Shown here piece after piece: positions 11,655 through 23,875 of a stretch of DNA of 64,000 nt. The first letter of the stretch is position 1, and each line of letters opens with the position of its first letter. A program made the position numbers and the translations under genes. The notes under the pieces are model-generated. The model ran no database searches and was not told where the DNA came from. It saw only the letters and a program-made list of their open reading frames with translations. The stretch is taken from contig JBPGPT010000047.1 of assembly GCA_051047955.1 (NCBI GenBank), positions 1-64,000 of the forward strand, written 5' to 3'. This DNA is from Cystobasidiomycetes sp. EMM_F5 (Eukaryota).

Positions 11655-12646
11655 ATGAGCAATCATACCGCTGACGGTGCTGCCAGCTCGGCACATTCAG
11701 AAAACGCTGACACGAAGCTGTCCTGGTCCACGGAAGGTCCGGGCCATTGTACGAATGTCCAGCTGAAAACGCAGCTAACATGACACGTCTTCTCCGCTTC
11801 CGTTTCTCAATCATGGCCGACCTCCAGGCTCCGTCAAGAAGAACCTTCCACACCTTCTTTCTGCCCATAGTAGCCTCCTTGCCGACCAACACGCTTCGCA
11901 GTCTCCGCAGACTATGCTCGAGATCGCGTCTGGTTTCGGTGACCATATATTAGCGTACGCCGAGCGACACCCCGATACCGTCTTCTGGCCTACCGAGTGC
12001 AATGACTTTCTTGTGGATGAAATTTCGCGCCAAGTCACACAATCTGCATGCCGCAATGTGCGACAACCTATAAAGCTGGATGTGACGAGCAGTGTGTTGA
12101 CATGCTCCGCCGATACCTCTCGTTGAATTTTGGCTGATGCTACACCAAAGAGCAGGACTGGCATTCGCTGCGCCAAAGTATGCAGCATCCCTTTGCCGTA
12201 GTGTCAGTTACAAATCTGTTCAATGTCGCGCCTTGGTAAGCAGATCTAAACTGTTTGGCGATTCTTTGCCGCAGCAAAAGCTAAGCATCCTGCTCAGGTA
12301 TGTGACACAGCAACTGTTCGAGGAGATCGGACCATCTTCATCAAACCTGCTGGATCCTCACGCGGGGGTATTCGCAGTCTACTGTTGTCTCAAGATTGGC
12401 GGTGAATTTCAATCAGAAGCTGATGCCAAAGTAAGTCTCGTGCATTTTTCATAGACACTAGCTTATCTCATGCGTCTTCAACATTGCCAGTTTGACAAGG
12501 AGCTCCGTTTACGAAACCCTGAGTTTGGCATACGCGACCTGGAGGCTGTAGTAGAGCTGGCTGCGCAACAGGGCTTGCATCTCTCACGGCGACAAGCTTT
12601 AGGCGGTGGTACCAACATATTTCTCGAATTCCGCTATCAGAAATGA
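11655..12646 (+). CDS. DUF938/METTL26-like SAM-dependent methyltransferase
   Basis: Spliced MSNHT...STEGSVKKNLPHLL...MLEIASGFGDHI (SAM motif I)...WPTE...FDKELRLRNPEFGIRDL...NIFLEFRYQK*. Confidence 0.8.
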
Positions 12647-12677
12647 AGACTACGTTTCGAAAGTAGCAGCTACAACG

Positions 12678-13831
12678 TTACCGCTTCTCGTTGTTGTACA
12701 GAATGCTGGATGGTAATTGTAACTTTTCAACAACGTCCAATGTTGCTGCGGGGAAGGGCAAGCTGTTGATTCCATTGCCGATAGCAGGCAAGTTCATGTC
12801 TACGGTACCCAAATTCTTCCTTCGCTGGCGATCCCGAGCGACAGAAACGCACTTCTTGATGGAGTCTCTGACACGAAGGTAGTTACCACTGTAGCCTGCA
12901 ACAGCGCCTTTCAAGAAGATGAGATTATCGCCCAAGTCTACACGCATGACGAGCAGATTCTGCGCCGTCCGTAGTCGATTGCCCATATGCCCAGCCATCT
13001 TCTTGCCTGGAAAGACTCTACCAGGGTCCTACAGTCGTCGGATCGTCAGAACAGGAAGACTAATTCGTAGGCGCAGTCTGACAGACCTGATGTTGACCTG
13101 TTGACCCTGCAGATCTGTGCGAGATGGAGACACCATGCGATGCTCGCAGACCTTTGAAACCCCATCGCTTCATTCCTCCTTGGGAGCCTTTTCCAATAGT
13201 CCTCCCTTGCACATCGACGTATTGTCCGGGCACAAAATGCGCGGCACTCAGCTTGTCGCCTGGAGGTGCGCGTAGAAAACTTAGTGCTTGATGTTTGCCA
13301 GCTTTCGACGACCTGAACACACCTGGTTCGAGCAAAGCATCTTCTGAGACCTTGAATTCTGCCAGCCGTGCTTTGGGAATGACCCCTGCCTTCTTAAATT
13401 GCCCGAGCAAGCCATTGTGTATGTTCTTGCCTCCCTTGTTTGTAATTCCGACTTGTACGGCGTTGTAGGGAACTGTTCGCACCGCAGTTACAGCTACGTT
13501 GTCCATCTAGTGCAGCAAGGCAGGATTCGTCACTATTGATCCAGACCGCTGGCTGCCATAATGTCGCATTTACCTGCAGCACCGTCACTGGCGTCCGTAC
13601 GCCGGCACTATCGTATATCGCCGTCATTCCAATCTTCTTTGCGAGCACACCAGTCCTCTGTGCTTCTGGCGTCCACTCCCTCGTCTGGCTCGTCGAAGCG
13701 GACGGCTTCAGAGCATCACCAGCTGATAATTCTGGCAGAGCAGAAGTCGACGCCGCTCTCGACGACGACGCTGCAGCAGACGCGCCCACTCTGCTGAGGC
13801 ATGTGCGCCATCGCTGGCTCAGAGCTTGCAT
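12678..13831 (-). CDS. MRPL9: Mitochondrial ribosomal protein uL3m
   Basis: Presequence MQALSQRWRTCLSR, then RTGVLAKKIGMT, GKGSQGGMKRWGFKGLRASHGVSISHRSAGSTG and MAGHMG. Confidence 0.95.
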
Positions 13832-14199
13832 CTTTTGTCGTCGGGCTTGATCAGATGTCAAGCCAGCAATTGCGAAAGCTGTCGGCACGCTCAGGTTGAC
13901 TCCAAAGACTTCAGACTGCTCGCAGGATTAACTGCTCAAATATGTTGCTTCCTTGCCGATGATATGCCCGTATCGCAAACGGCGCACTGACTTTACGTAA
14001 GCAACGACGCTTGAACCACGTTATGCAGCAAGCTAGCAAAACAACAACATATTCCTGACACTGAGCTGACTGAAGTATTCCCCAATACCCGGACTGCCAG
14101 TCTCAAACCATTACCCACCTGCAGTAATCATATTCTTAATCTTATTTGCACATCCCGGCAATCTTCCATCTACCGCTTCTTCCTTCAACCCAGTCAACA

Positions 14200-15071
14200 A
14201 TGGCAACGGTCAAGGTGGTTTCACTAGGCAAGTCCGGTACTTGTTTCGCTGCCAGGCACTAGATTGATCTAACGCGAACGCAGCAATCCGCACCCTCGCT
14301 AAACCCATATCCAACAAGCTCAAACAGCAAGCGCAAGAACACGAGACTTTTCGAAATGTCTGTATAAACATTGCGCAATTTATGCATAGATACGAGATGC
14401 GAATGCGCGTCAACCTTCTCGGAGAGAGCACCTCAACCTCTTCGTCCTCGTCTTCCTCCGGATCAGAAAAGAAGGCACAGCCGCATATTCGTGCTCTGAG
14501 CGAGACGAAAGCGATAGCTACGGGAGCGACGTTTATATCCGAGGCGTTCCTCTTCACTGTCGCCGTCAGTCTGATCCTCGGCGAGTCGTACCGAGGTTAC
14601 CGCAAAGACAACAAGCGCAGAGACCTTGTGGAAGAACGCTTTGATGCCCTGGAAGCCGCACTGTGAGCTCGATACTCTTCACACACTTCCGCCTAGCTGC
14701 TCACCTGTACAATCAATCGCTGCAGCCAAGAAGCCAGAACACATCAAACCAATTTGGCCCTAGATCTCGAAAAAGAGCACGAGCAACGGGAAAGCGTGTA
14801 CAAGATCCTGCAAGGCGTCATTGACGTTGGCATGAAGAGTAGCGAAATGCGAAGGATTCTAGCGCACGACCCAGATATTGCAAAAGCCATGGCGAAAATC
14901 GAGCATGAAAATGCCCAGATTCCGATACGAAATTCGCAACATGAAGCACAACCACAAGCTCCCACTGTTAATGGTACAGAATCTGCGATTCCATCAGCAA
15001 AATCTGTCGTTGCTCAAAGGCTTGCGGGGCCAAGCAACGCAGCTACAGATACTAAGGCGGAATCAGCTTAG
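14200..15071 (+). CDS. OPA3: OPA3-like mitochondrial protein
   Basis: MATVKVVSLAIRTLAKPISNKLKQQA...IRALSETKAIATGATFISEAFLFTVA followed by a coiled coil; the first intron is probably GC-AG. Confidence 0.9.
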
Positions 15072-15216
15072 GTTCTGCTATCACCGTGCGCAACAATGCG
15101 AGCCGTGCATGTACAGTGTTCATCAGCTACATTGCCTCCAAGTCGACGGCTGTCTCTAGCCAGTCGTGATCAATGCTACAGGAGCACAACGAACGGGGGA
15201 AGAGATTCTAGTAAGA

Positions 15217-17829
15217 TTACGATATACAGCAATTTCTGAAAGGCGCACATAGCTGATCCCACAGAGCTTGTGCCAAGGAAGGTGGTTTCTCGCCATACGC
15301 CAGCAGAATATCCTTGCGAGGACCTCCCTGGCGTGTGATTTGGATTCGCTGTCTCGAAGGAGTACTGACGCTGAGCGGATCATGGTACCACCTCAATATG
15401 TTACCTTCAATCTCGTAGCGCCCGTGTGATATATCGACCTTGACGGAAACGAGCGCCGATCGCTTGTGATGAAATGGATTATGGATATGCGGAAGATGGA
15501 GATGACCATGTCGACTAGCACTCTCGTTCGTCTCGGCAACAGCACCTCTAGAGGCGTCGGGCGTCGGGGACACTGCGGGTGTATGCCCCCCGTAGTGAAT
15601 GTCCGGGAGGAAAATTTCGGTGGGTACATTTTCGGACCCTGGAGCGAGCAGGTCTGCTTGCCTATCGATGACCAAAACAAAGCGCGAAGAGGAGACATCG
15701 AAGTCCAGCGAAACTGGCATACCCGCCATGGCCTGCGGATATGGCCTCACAAAGGATTCTATGGCGCGACTGCCTGCGTTCAAGCCCTTCCAGATGCCAG
15801 CAGTATGTTCGCGAACAGGCTGTGCAGCCTCGCTCGGTGCAGACTTGACCGATCTCGTGGCCGAGGGGACATCATCGAGCGACCAGACACTCAGGTCCTC
15901 CCCGTTCCAGTTCTCACCCCATCGATGGGTATTTTCAGGATTGTACGTCCAGATAGAATAATTTATAATGTTGGATCCGTCGCAAGCATTCATACTAGCA
16001 TCCATCGCCCTTGATTGGTTGTGGTAGTCGCCCGTGTTGTAAGCCTGTTTCTTGTCGAGATCGTACGGAATACCGATTTCACCCATCATAGTAGGGTAGG
16101 TACCCATGCAATCGAAGGTGTCTTGACGTAGGTATCCCAACTGATCGCGCATGCACTTCCGGATAGCAGACTCGCCCACTCGAACGCCCAGAGCTATTGA
16201 TGCATACTTGCCGCGCAGTATACCAAGAGCGTCTGCATTGAACCAGTTCCAATGCTTTGTGATCAAGGTCAATCCATCGTAGAAGTGTGTCGATAGCACT
16301 GCACGCTTTGACAAGGCCTTCACGAGTTCATCCTCATATTTGAATGACGGTGGGACTGCAAAGACTGGAGGTAAAGCAAAGTGAATGGCTTCGGGATGCA
16401 TTTCGCGAATCATCTTGGCCCATGCGAGCCAATGAGGTTGCCATCCATCTTTGGCGTACTCGAACCCTGTCCGAGCATTGGCGAAATAGTCGTGCACCAA
16501 CGCTACTTCCTTCTCCACGTCCCATACCCCATGCTGGGCCCATACACACTTACTCGCGTCCCATCCCGCACTTCTCTTCCAACCGTATCTAGCGCTGTAT
16601 TCAATGTCGGCGTCCCGACTAAGCCAAACAGTACGTCCTTTGGGATCGATTCGAACATTTCCCTCCTTTTTGGCGCCCAGCGAGCCAAACTTCCAACTTT
16701 CGACGTCTGTCGCGATACCCATTCCGAGTTTCATGGCTTCAAAAGCTGTTGGCATTGGACCGATCTTGCATACATTGGAAGCAGGCTGCACAGTAAAGTC
16801 CTCGAGTCCGACAAAGCCGTGATTCGGCTCGTTCATACTGTCCCAGCCAATAACGCACGTGTCGTACAGATCGCCGGCATCGCGAATGGCTTCGGCTAGA
16901 TGGCGATAGGCGGCGATGTAGTGCCTCTGCAAAAAGTCTTGAATGTTCTCCCCATCGAGCTGACATTTCGGTGCAAATTTCTTGCCGCTAAAGAAGAGCG
17001 TCATTAATGTAGCTACAGCGAGTCGGGTATAATTGGACGCCCAAATCTACCGTGGGACAGATATCAGAGATGGGAGATATTTCTACCGATGTGTACATAC
17101 CATATCTGGGAAATTGTCAGGATCTGGGCTGCTAGGGTGCGGCCATTCGCACTGGATTACGGCAGCATTGGTTTCTGTAAAGTTGCGCGGATTAAGCCCG
17201 CAGGCTGGTAAAGTCCAGAATGGAGCACCGTCTCCGCCGGAGAAACGAGACCACTGTGAAGATGATGTAAGAATGCAGCATGCTTCGATGTCTGGGTGGC
17301 CAAACGCTCACCAGATCCTGATGGGGATCCATGTACACGCGGAATCCGTATTCTTTGCATTTCCTGAGCATTCGTATGGTGTACTGGATGTACTCTTCGT
17401 CATACTGTCCCCTGTTAACAAAATTATCAGTCTTTGTATCGATTTCCCGTCATCAGCCAAAACATACGGTCCCTTGTGCTCGATGCTCTCCCAGGTCGTC
17501 ACATAGCGGAGGCAGTTGAAGCCCCAGGACTTGAGACGCTTCAGATGCGAGTCCGCCGAATGCTCGCCGTCACTGTCCACGTCCAAGTCGAGCACCCGGT
17601 TCACAAAACTGACGTCGCCGCTCTCTGCAGACTCCCAGAAGCCCTGGAGCTGCTGTGCTGGCTGTCCGACGGGCGTCTTTGCTGACGATGCCAGGTTTAT
17701 GCCTCGCAGCAGGAGATTGCGACCGTGGACATCGCGGAACCACCCGGTGCTGTCGTCGGAATGGATGTACCACTCCTTGCTGGCGACGTCAGACCCAGTT
17801 ACGGGCGATATTCGGCTCGGGACTGGCAT
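15217..17829 (-). CDS. GH5 endoglycoceramidase-related protein (EGCrP/steryl-beta-glucosidase-like)
   Basis: [31 protein letters not shown], acid/base motif GWDSMNEP, nucleophile [17 protein letters not shown] and VRPYP. Confidence 0.9.
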
Positions 17830-18094
17830 GGCATGGGTCTGGCACTGATTGCGGTCAGCTTCTGAGCATCGTCACCGCGGGCAGCGGCACTGGCATGAGC
17901 GAGACGGAGAGAGTATTCCAACGGCGGGGATGTTATACATATGATCTATCTGAAAAGCCTCACGTCTAGATGGCGAATGCGCCGTCTTTCGTGCTTCCTG
18001 TTCCGCTCATCCTTCTCACATTCACACGAGTACAGCTCCCGTTCCTCTACCTTGAGCTTGTCAACCGTCTTCAATTCCCTACAGCCTCTGCAGA

Positions 18095-18980
18095 TCAATC
18101 GACCATTATACTTTCACAGCCAATCCCAAGCTCTTTCTGAAGCATGTCCAGGGTGTCTCTAGTCCGTGCCCAATTTCTGGCTGCAATTCCCTCACACGTG
18201 CGATGCATGTCGTGAAGTGTAAACAGATTCTGACGCTTCATCTCTGCGTCATCAGCACCAGACGAAGAAGTTGCTGCAGGGCACCGCCACAAGCAGAAGG
18301 CGATGACAGCTGCGGGCACATCTGCCGGCTGCGGCTCATAAAAGTCCTTCATTCGAGCGATGACCGATACCTTTGGGTCGCGCGTCTTGCCAGTAATGAT
18401 ATTGAAGGTCGTTACACGCTGCCTCAGCTTGGGCCTTAGCTGCTGTGAACAATTGTCGCTGCCACTGAGGATGTACTGAAATTTGCACGATCTCTCTGAA
18501 GACTTTTCGTCTTGGTTCCAGGAAATCCACCGCACCCGAACTCGAACCGTCCATGCATTTCCCACCAACATATCACCCATGGAGATCGGACATACTCTTC
18601 CGCCTGCACCGTCATTTCATTAGCTTATTGCACAAACAGGTAAGGGCTATCGACTCGCCATACGCGCTGCCCTTACGCTTCAAAAGAACGCAGACGACGG
18701 CAGCCAACATCTCCCAGGATTCTATTCTCAGCTCTTTGCCTGGAATACCGAAACCTGCAGCTTTGCAAGCCGCTGGCCAGAAGTTGAGATCCTTGTCGTA
18801 GTATAAACGCCATTGCGAACAAGTGCGGGCCAGACTGACGTGGTCGTTCAAATCGTCGAGATGTGAGATTATTGCTGAAAAGACGTTGACCGGTGTTCTG
18901 CTAAATGGACCGATGACAACTGCTGGAGTTGACAAGACGGAACTCAGGCCTTTGCCCAGGTATGCGATGATAGAGAGCAT
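18095..18980 (-). CDS. F-box-like lineage-specific protein, paralog 1 (2 exons)
   Basis: RTPVNVFSAIISHLDDLNDHVSLARTC..W..ACKAAGFGIP..SWEMLAAVVC is shared with its two neighbours. Confidence 0.7.
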
Positions 18981-19423
18981 GTGTGGCAGGCGAGATGATA
19001 TGGCATCAAAAGTGAATAGTCCAAGTCCTGAAAGCTGACAACTGAGAAGCACCGGTACTGCCAGATTATCTGCGTTGTGCCTTGCAGGCATGCCGGTCTG
19101 ACCGCATGACAGTCTGGGTTGCGAATCAGCCACCATTGCCGAGAGGCGTCGTCTTCATCCGGAACATCATGCCGTCGTCAGAGGCGCTGCTATTACATCG
19201 TCTCGTACGGCGGCATTTGCAAAGGCGGATCTAGCCAGCTGGGTAGCTCGCAATTACTTTGGCGTCATCATTGGCATCAAGCGTCATACGTGCTGCACTA
19301 CACGATGCATACTTTCATAGCACTTCCTCCCTTTTACGCTCCTCAGGGTGACAATTGGCTGCTCTTCATCAGCTGCGCGAGCTTTACGAAACGTGCATCC
19401 GCCTGACGCAATGTCACCTTCCT

Positions 19424-20442
19424 CTAGCCATAACAGGATTTATACCCAATCGGTGCCAATCCGATTCGCCGTAGCAACCGCTCAGAGACCAGCGTCTCCA
19501 TACCCCATGCCTTCTGGGCAATGCCCTGGCAGATATCGTCCAGATCGAGCAAAGTAAGGGGCGTACTCTCACTTCGGTTTTCGCAGAGGCGAAGGCCATA
19601 GCGAGATGTCCTAGTACTACCCCACAGGCAGAATCCGACGACTGACAACGGGAGGCATTGCGGCGGAGGGTCGCTTTCCCGTTTTCTTCTTCGAATCATG
19701 TCACTTGTCACTTGCCGAAACGGTATGTGTTGAGGTTTCGCAGTTTCGATGTGTATGGGATTCTCAAGAACGTATACCACACGGGAAGATCGTCCTAGAT
19801 GTACAAAGCGGAGCGGCGACAGCCATTCGACAAACGCGAGACCAACACCGAAATCCCGGACGAGACCAGCTGAGACGTCTGACGCAGATATAGGGCAGAT
19901 AGTGCGATCTGCCGGCAAACGATGCCAATCAGCTCCAACAGTTGCTGAAATCATTGAGAAGTTATTCCTCACTGAATAGTGCATTGTTGCGCGCCTTGTT
20001 GTGCTCGAGACCCGCAGAGACGTCTGACGCAGATACAGGGCAGGCAGCTGTCCCTGCGTACAGACGACGGTAATCAGCTTCGATAGTTGCTGACAACATC
20101 GAGAAGTTCTGCCTCACTGTATATTGCATTGTTGTGCTGATACCGCAGCTCTGCGCAGACAACGCCAGCCAACATTCTCCACGACTGTATGCCACGCGTC
20201 TTGCGCGGTATTCCGAATCCTGCCGCCATACACGCTCCACGCCAGAAGGTTGGATCCTGCTCATAGAAGCATTGTACTCTGTAGCAAGTTCGAGAAAAGC
20301 TGACATGGTCGCTAAGGTCATCAAAGTATGAATTGATGAAGGACAGTGTGTCGTTGGTCAATCTACATATGTGATTGCAACCTTGTCGTCGAACTTCTGG
20401 AGGCTTCGGTCGCCTTCGCAGCAACCCGCTCATGCTCGGCAT
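19424..20442 (-). CDS. F-box-like lineage-specific protein, paralog 2 (3 exons, duplicated intron)
   Basis: RLTNDTLSFINSYFDDLSDHVSFSRTC..FWRGACMAAGFGIP..SWRMLAGVVC; introns 20117-20054 and 19972-19909. Confidence 0.75.
19872..20135. repeat. Imperfect tandem duplication with a 145-bp period covering an intron and its exon flanks
   Basis: GAGACGTCTGACGCAGATA..GGGCAG, GTTGCTGA..GAGAAGTT..CCTCACTG..TGCATTGTTG each occur twice, 145 bp apart. Confidence 0.9.
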
Positions 20443-21101
20443 GTCGGCGGATCTCAGAGCAATCCGATCATGGTCGGAGTGGTAGGAATGGAGTCAGCAG
20501 AGAGTACAGCTGGTGGCCTCAGTCATGCTCTGAACGCGAGAGAGAGAGATTGTGTCAAACGGTCGGACAGTATGTGTGTGTGTGTTTAGATCAATACTGA
20601 TCTTCGCGAAACTGACGAGTGGAGCCGTCACCCGCATGGCGGCACTTTGATCTGCCTCACTACGCCTTCAGGTCATCGGTACTTCCTGCAGCCCGACGCA
20701 GATCGGGATGGCTGACGATATCTCGTCCTATTCTCCGCGAGAGATCTGTTCACCTTGCCTCTGATCTCAGCGATCATCAGCAAATCGAGCATGACTTTGC
20801 CTTCATACTGGATTTCATTCCGAGGTCGCTGAGTCTGTCAAATCAATGATTGTCAGAGCCTCGTCGGATTCTAGGTATTACCACGATCAATGCATCCATC
20901 GCTGCCTCTTATTCCGATATGTCCTGGATGGTGTTAGTATTTAAGGCAGGAGGATGGTCTCAGCACCCATGATTTCCATTGCTGGACGGCGATCGAAATT
21001 AACAGCATGTGTGGTACCGCTACACGGCTTTGTGTTTCACTGAATTTGTCAATGCAGTGCTCCCACCGCGGAAGTTTCGGCCTTGTGTCCTTGTGTGTCT
21101 T

Positions 21102-22002
21102 CTAATGATTGAATCTGTACGCTACCGGTTCTACCCCCACAAATGCGGATATTCCCGCGGAAGTCTCGTCTAGTGATCCCCAATGCGAGTTCGCGATGTC
21201 CTGAATTTTCTGGTCTAGGTCCCGCAAGGTCCATGGCTCGCCTTGTACGCGACATATCCGAAACAAGCCGGTCAAGTATACTGAGCCTTGCGCTTGCGTC
21301 GCACTTCCGCACAGGCAAAACTGAACAATGATCGATGGGATATCGCAGTGGTGCGGAAAGCTGGCACATCTTCCTGCTTGGATGATATCGCTGGACACAT
21401 ATAGTATAGGAAACCGTTGAGGCTGAGCATGTTGAAACTGTCGAGTATACTCGAGAAGATAGTGGACTCGGGAAAATCGTTTGGAGGCTACCCAACCGAA
21501 CCTATCTATCAACTCGATGCTACCCAAGGAAATACCAAAGTCTCGAATGATATGTTGAGGAATGTCGTCAGGCGAGATCGGACAGATGGCTTTACCTGCC
21601 GTAGGAAAGATCAATCGTAATGCTAGCCTACTGCCAGTGACAGGGCGATGTCTTACTGTTGGGGCTCTTGACCGCATTTAAGTGCATGCAAACAACGCAA
21701 GCCAACATTCTCCAAGACGCGATACCGACTGAACTGCGCGGTATACCAAATCCTGCGGCCATACACGCTCGGCGCCAAAACTCTGGATCTCTTTCGAGCA
21801 GCATGCGTAATCTCGAACAGGTTTGAGATAGGCTGACATATTCATTCAGATCCGTAAAGTGAGAAGCGATAGACCAAAGCAGGTCATCGGTTAATTGGCA
21901 TAATTGATTTTGATGGACAGCGGGGCTGAGCTCGAGGGAATCATGGGGCACATCTGGTTTGCGCCGTTTGAACCAGATACGGATGTCCGAGAGCTTCAGC
22001 AT
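21102..22002 (-). CDS. F-box-like lineage-specific protein, paralog 3 (2 exons)
   Basis: QLTDDLLWSIASHFTDLNEYVSLSQTC..FWRRACMAAGFGIP..SWRMLACVVC, intron, then ICPISPDD..RDFG..VQFCLCG. Confidence 0.75.
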
Positions 22003-22242
22003 AGCTATGAGTGAGAATGTGCCGTAGTGCGACGTGCTACACCGTACGCTCAGGGCAGACGAGCTGATTGTCGCAGGTGTAATCAGCATGCCAGCACAGC
22101 CGTTACGCATGCCGTTGACACAGCGATATCCGGTCAGACGGTTTGGTCGGAGCGCACCGCCTCTTGGGAGAGACTAGTAATTAATCTTTTGGGATCGCTA
22201 AAAGCGTGGCCACAAACCGCATCGGCGGCACGTTGAGTCGCC

Positions 22243-23631
22243 TCACTGCGCTTTCAAGGCAGAATCCTGGCGTTCTGACTTATAGAGTCGGAACAGCATT
22301 TGCTCTAGCCACAGTGTCGTGCATGTGTAGTGGGGATGGATGTCGCCTTTCGCGTACACGTCCATGCCGAAAAGCTTGTCTCCCCACGTGTCCAGTCGCC
22401 ATCTTTGGGTTTTATCCATGCGCAGAGCTTGCAAGAGTGCACTGTTCAATTCGTTGAGTCGCCAACTGGAGAAGTACCACACGTTGCCCTTTCCGCTGGA
22501 TTTCCACCATTGACTAAATGCTTGGGGGTCATCTTCCGTAGGAATGTGTAGCTTTCGGACGTATAGTCCGGAAGTTGGGAACAATTTCCCAATAAGTTCC
22601 AGCATTGATGCACAACGCTCTGCATACCAGGAGAGGCGGTCCAAGGACAAATGTCGCAGGGGTACGCCTGCATCTGCGCCAGCTTCGTCATCGATGCGTC
22701 CAAAACGAGCCAGATCCCACAACTGTCCGCAAAATACCCTCTCGTGTCAGAGAAGGTGCAGCCAGTCTTATCAGAACCACTCACGCCAGCACCAAATTCC
22801 ACAATATCAATACTGCGTTGCAGCTTGTCCGCTAGAGGCAGAGCAATTTGCCGTATTCGATCTTCCGTCTTGTAAGGTGGGCCATACTGGTCCTTCCACC
22901 CAAAGTAGGTATCCTCATCCAAGCCAAAGTGAAAGACGTTGACTATCATTAAATCGATACTGGCAATGTGGCAGCTTGTCGGAAAACTGCGGGCGGAATA
23001 TTCATTGGGCTGCCAGGAATTTGGACCGGGATTAGTGATGGAGATTTCTGGCTGCGGCCATAAGGGTGTATCTGGCAGTACGATGCCATGTTCCCCTTGT
23101 AATAAGTAGCACGCGTATTGTATGTTGTTTCTGTCGATGGAATCCCCAACGAGCAGGATGGTTCGATTATGGGGCAGATGTGCAAGCACACTGGCATCGT
23201 TGCGAGCTAGTCCTTGTACGAAAGATTGCGGAGAACACTCGGGAGCTGATGATATTGAATGCCATAGAGTCTGTAGTGCAGCTTCTCGATTGTCATAGTC
23301 CTCCGCGACATACAACGTGCCTGGAAGTTCGTGAGGGTCGCAAACCCTAGAAACATTTTCCCTTCAGTCTTGGCCGTTGCAGCTGCGAAGATGACCTACG
23401 AGACATTGGGCCCTACATCAAGTGAGTGTCGCTGAGACGATCTGCCGTATTTCGTCGGAGCGTCCGCTGAATACAACCATGTCAAGAGGAGATAGAGCAA
23501 GACAGAGGCGGTAAAGATGGCAAGGCTGAAGGAGCTTTGGGAATGCAAGACGGCAGGGAAAGGTCAGAAAACATCAGAGGAGACGAGGTCCGATAGTATC
23601 AGTCCGCACCGAGACGGCAGCCGGGCGACAT
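22243..23631 (-). CDS. SGNH/GDSL-like esterase or acyltransferase with N-terminal membrane anchor (Cap64/Cas3-like), paralog A; start approximate
   Basis: TM LAIFTASVLLYLLLTWL, NRTILLVGDSIDRNN, VFHFGLDED, WDLARFGRIDD and GDIHP. Confidence 0.65.
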
Positions 23632-23875
23632 GTGGAATGTGAATCATTGTAGACGCATCTTTACGACAATCCCGGCCATCAGGATTGTACAGAAGCAAGC
23701 CGTTTCGATCTTTCGTTATCAGATATCAATATCATCCGGCTTGGAGAAATCACAACTATGACTCTGCCAATATAGCTGCCAGACGAAGAGAGAGCTGCCG
23801 TCATTATTGCTGCACCCAGCCGGACTCAGCGAGGGATATCCCCTTCTCGAGCCAAAGGTCAGGTCCATATCTGCA

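Noticed and set aside
15393..16966. Numerous long antisense and alternate-frame ORFs, here and across other genes
   Set aside because: These are shadow ORFs of GC-rich coding sequence, mostly with TTG/GTG starts and no motifs.
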